A stretch of DNA of 64,000 nucleotides, taken from assembly GCA_021613535.1 (NCBI GenBank), contig CP075496.1, positions 744,001 to 808,000 on the forward strand. Reading direction: 5' to 3'. The first letter of the stretch is position 1. The number at the start of each line of letters is the position of its first letter. The DNA is from Adineta vaga (Eukaryota; Animalia; Rotifera). The translations under genes and the position numbers were made by a program. Of this stretch, positions 61,481 through 64,000 are shown piece after piece. The notes below the pieces were generated by a model. It was not told the DNA's origin, searched no databases, and worked only from the letters and a program-made list of their open reading frames with translations.

Positions 61481-62179
61481 AAACTCGGATTCGTACGCAT
61501 AGGAACATATGAAATCCCAATGGCACTTTAAAAGAACCTTTCGACTCGAAGAATTCTTGAAATGCACATAAATATATCGACAAATATCATCTTTAATAAA
61601 TATTTAGTTACTATCAAAAGTTATGAGAGAAAAATTCTGTTTTTTTTATACCATTTCGTTTGATGATTCAAAATATTTTTTTCTTCTCCCCTATCCTACA
61701 CAAAGCCCTACTGTGCTTCGTTTTACATGTATCGAGGTATCGAATTTAGTGTTAAGAAAAAACAAGCGAGATAGAATAAAATTTAAATGTCAAAAGATGT
61801 ATCTAATTGGATGAAGAAAGAAATCTCATATTACAACACATTTATCAATATATTTATTTTATTTTATCTATTACATGATATAGCAAATTTTGATTTTACC
61901 CACAGTTCTATCAGGATATAAATATCATTTGAATACTACAGATATTCACATACACAGATACCTATCATATTCTTTTAACAAAGGTAAGTTTAGATGTTAT
62001 TTTCTGCTTATGTGTCGTTTTTAATATTGATTCTTCTGTAAACTACGATAGGTTTCTTAGGATAAAATAGACATAAAATGATGGTAGAGAATACATGTAT
62101 AGTTGTTGATTTTGAAAAACATTATATTGTCAACATTATCACAGTTCTTCCATTTATGAACTTTGGATATAGTGAGTCC

Positions 62180-62430
62180 TTTTTGTGTACTCAAAAAGTG
62201 AGTACACTACTAGAATCGGTCAGTGTGTCCGGCCGGCCGTCTGTTTACACGATAACTCTTGAAAAATATAAGCCATTCGGTCAATTTTTTTTCTCACAAT
62301 TGTCCCATCAATATCTCGGTCCACTTCGAAGATGAGGTCGATTGGTCAAGAAACGGCTGTGTTATCGTAAAAACATTAATAATTGATCAGGTCATCCCTC
62401 AGGGGGACTAGAGGGATTTACAAAAGAATT
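62180..62430 (+). mobile_element. Helentron-associated (HINE/DINE-1-like) non-autonomous element, probably truncated
   Basis: T-run, then hairpin GTGTACTCA-AAAAG-TGAGTACAC, then GTCCGGCCGGCCGTCTGT and CACGATAACTC, which is the layout typical of this class. No 3' hairpin was found. Confidence 0.45.
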
Positions 62431-63257
62431 TTTTTAACTATTATTTAATATTATATTAATATAATTTATTATTAATTTACTTACTACATATATCAGTATA
62501 GTCAGTTTTATGAGGGCTACAGAGTCTTCAAGTCCCATAATATGGGGGTACTCTTGGGTCCTCATATGCTGTACTACGGCAACTGACTAAATAAGCGTCT
62601 ATACCGATGTAGTTAGATGATAGAATGCGTTGAATTAATAAGGCGGTAACATCTACGCTATAGCAGAATGTTATGTTTACTTCCAAAAGTGAAACTGACT
62701 GAGGATCGATTTTTATCGAATCGTCTGTAAAATTCATCCTCGAGCACACTAAGGAACCATCCTTTGAATCCTGCAAGTGCCGTTTTTTTGTCTCATAGGA
62801 CGGGACAAGGAGTTAGCTCCTACGATTCTGTTTTTCTCTATGCGTAAAAATTAATTTATTGTTTAATTGACAAGCTTCAATTGAACAGTCAAAGTATCAC
62901 CAACATGTTATTGACAACAGATATGAAATGTCGAACTTTTTCTAGTATATGGAAAAAGTGAGGGTTTTAGTAGAATCGATCAGTGTGTTCATCCATTCGT
63001 TCGTTTATATGACAACTCCTGAAAGACTAATTCAGTTGAGATGAAGTTTTCTGCAGAGTGTTGTCGCGTAAATATCTCGTTCGACTTCGATGATGAGTCT
63101 GATTGGGGGAGCTATTGTTGAGTTATTGAAAAAATACTGATATTTCTTTATGACTTGCCTATATTTTTTATCTCATACACTTTTTGCAGTACACATAACT
63201 TTCGGATAAAATCCGAAGTTTCCGCATTTATTTCTGTTTGTTTTAGTTATCGATACA

Positions 63258-64000
63258 ATGATATTATTCAAGTTCTTCTGTATATTGGTCTGGTTATATC
63301 AGATTAATGGTATCGCTCTTGATGTGAAATCAGGACCAGAAAAGTTAAGTTTAAATAACAGTGTGTTTAACAAAGAAATATTGACACAATTCAATTATCA
63401 TGGTAATGAAGTTTATGTTTATGGTGCTGTGTCAAACAACATCAAGAATAGTGATGCGCCTGGGAAATGGACTTTCTATTATGTACCACTTATGATACCA
63501 ATAAATAATAATCGTTCAGAAGACAAATGGATATATACAGTAGAAAATGATGTTAGAATCAAATTAATGTTAGGTAACAATGAAATTAAAGAATTAGCAG
63601 AAAAAGAAATCATCAAGAAATATGATCCAAATATAACTAAATATTCACAATCATGGGTTATTGCTCCATTAATGATTGATTCTTTAACAGCTTATATTGT
63701 TCGAAAAATAAATTCACCTATTAAAAATGTTTATCCTTTCAAAATTGAAAATCCAGATGGATTGGAAATAGAATTTCGATTTCAATGTTCATCAGAAATA
63801 CTTGCAAAAAAAATTAAAAAAAAGATTATTAATGAGATTTATGGAATTGAAGTCATATTTTATTTTGCTGGTTCTCGACAAGTAACAATTAATGCAATTT
63901 CATTCACCGGTGAAATTTTGAAGGCTATAATAAGTCGAACAGTTGCCGATGGTGGTAAAAGCAATATTAAATATATACAACGTAATCAAAGAGCAGCATT
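63258..64000 (+). CDS. Secreted uncharacterised protein, open to the window end
   Basis: ATG 63258, signal peptide MILFKFFCILVWLYQING, and no stop through ...WTFYYVP...WVIAPLMIDSLTAY...FYFAG...KYIQRNQRAA. Missing from the ORF track because it has no stop. Confidence 0.8.
   Translation, partial: MILFKFFCILVWLYQINGIALDVKSGPEKLSLNNSVFNKEILTQFNYHGNEVYVYGAVSNNIKNSDAPGKWTFYYVPLMIPINNNRSEDKWIYTVENDVRIKLMLGNNEIKELAEKEIIKKYDPNITKYSQSWVIAPLMIDSLTAYIVRKINSPIKNVYPFKIENPDGLEIEFRFQCSSEILAKKIKKKIINEIYGIEVIFYFAGSRQVTINAISFTGEILKAIISRTVADGGKSNIKYIQRNQRAA

Noticed and set aside
1-64000. Prokaryotic origin or contamination; rRNA, tRNA, telomeric repeats
   Set aside because: Spliceosomal introns and metazoan genes occur throughout, and the bacterial-like genes share host composition. 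No rRNA, tRNA cloverleaf or telomeric array was recognised.

Overview
This is eukaryotic, very AT-rich DNA (roughly a quarter G+C by eye) with many 48-60 nt GT-AG introns. Gene content points to a bdelloid rotifer (inference): F-box and ART-like/TPR families, a nuclear receptor with a CASCKA P-box, and intronless bacterial- and fungal-type genes among metazoan genes. The first 25 kb is a rearranged duplication zone. It holds one intact VIT-vWA (VWA5A-like) gene, a frameshifted near-identical copy that differs mainly in a hypervariable Met/Cys-rich island, two further VWA5A remnants (one inverted), a MITE-disrupted Roquin-like pseudogene, an F-box gene, and a duplicated VWA5A-glycogenin-ECI2 block with reciprocal gene loss and microhomology-bounded deletions. 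From 25 to 48 kb lie mostly conventional genes: whirlin-like, a CAHS/LEA-like coiled-coil protein, an Rh ammonium transporter, claudin-like, NOVA-like, TTC7-like, an NR1 receptor and MS4A-like. From 48 to 64 kb are HGT candidates (two bacterial-type peroxiredoxins, a small intronless gene, an OCH1-like mannosyltransferase), a frameshifted NUP88-like gene, an apparent DUF4590-ART-TPR fusion, piggyBac and Helentron-like remnants, and a secreted ORF running off the end. All family assignments come from motif recognition by eye, not database searches.
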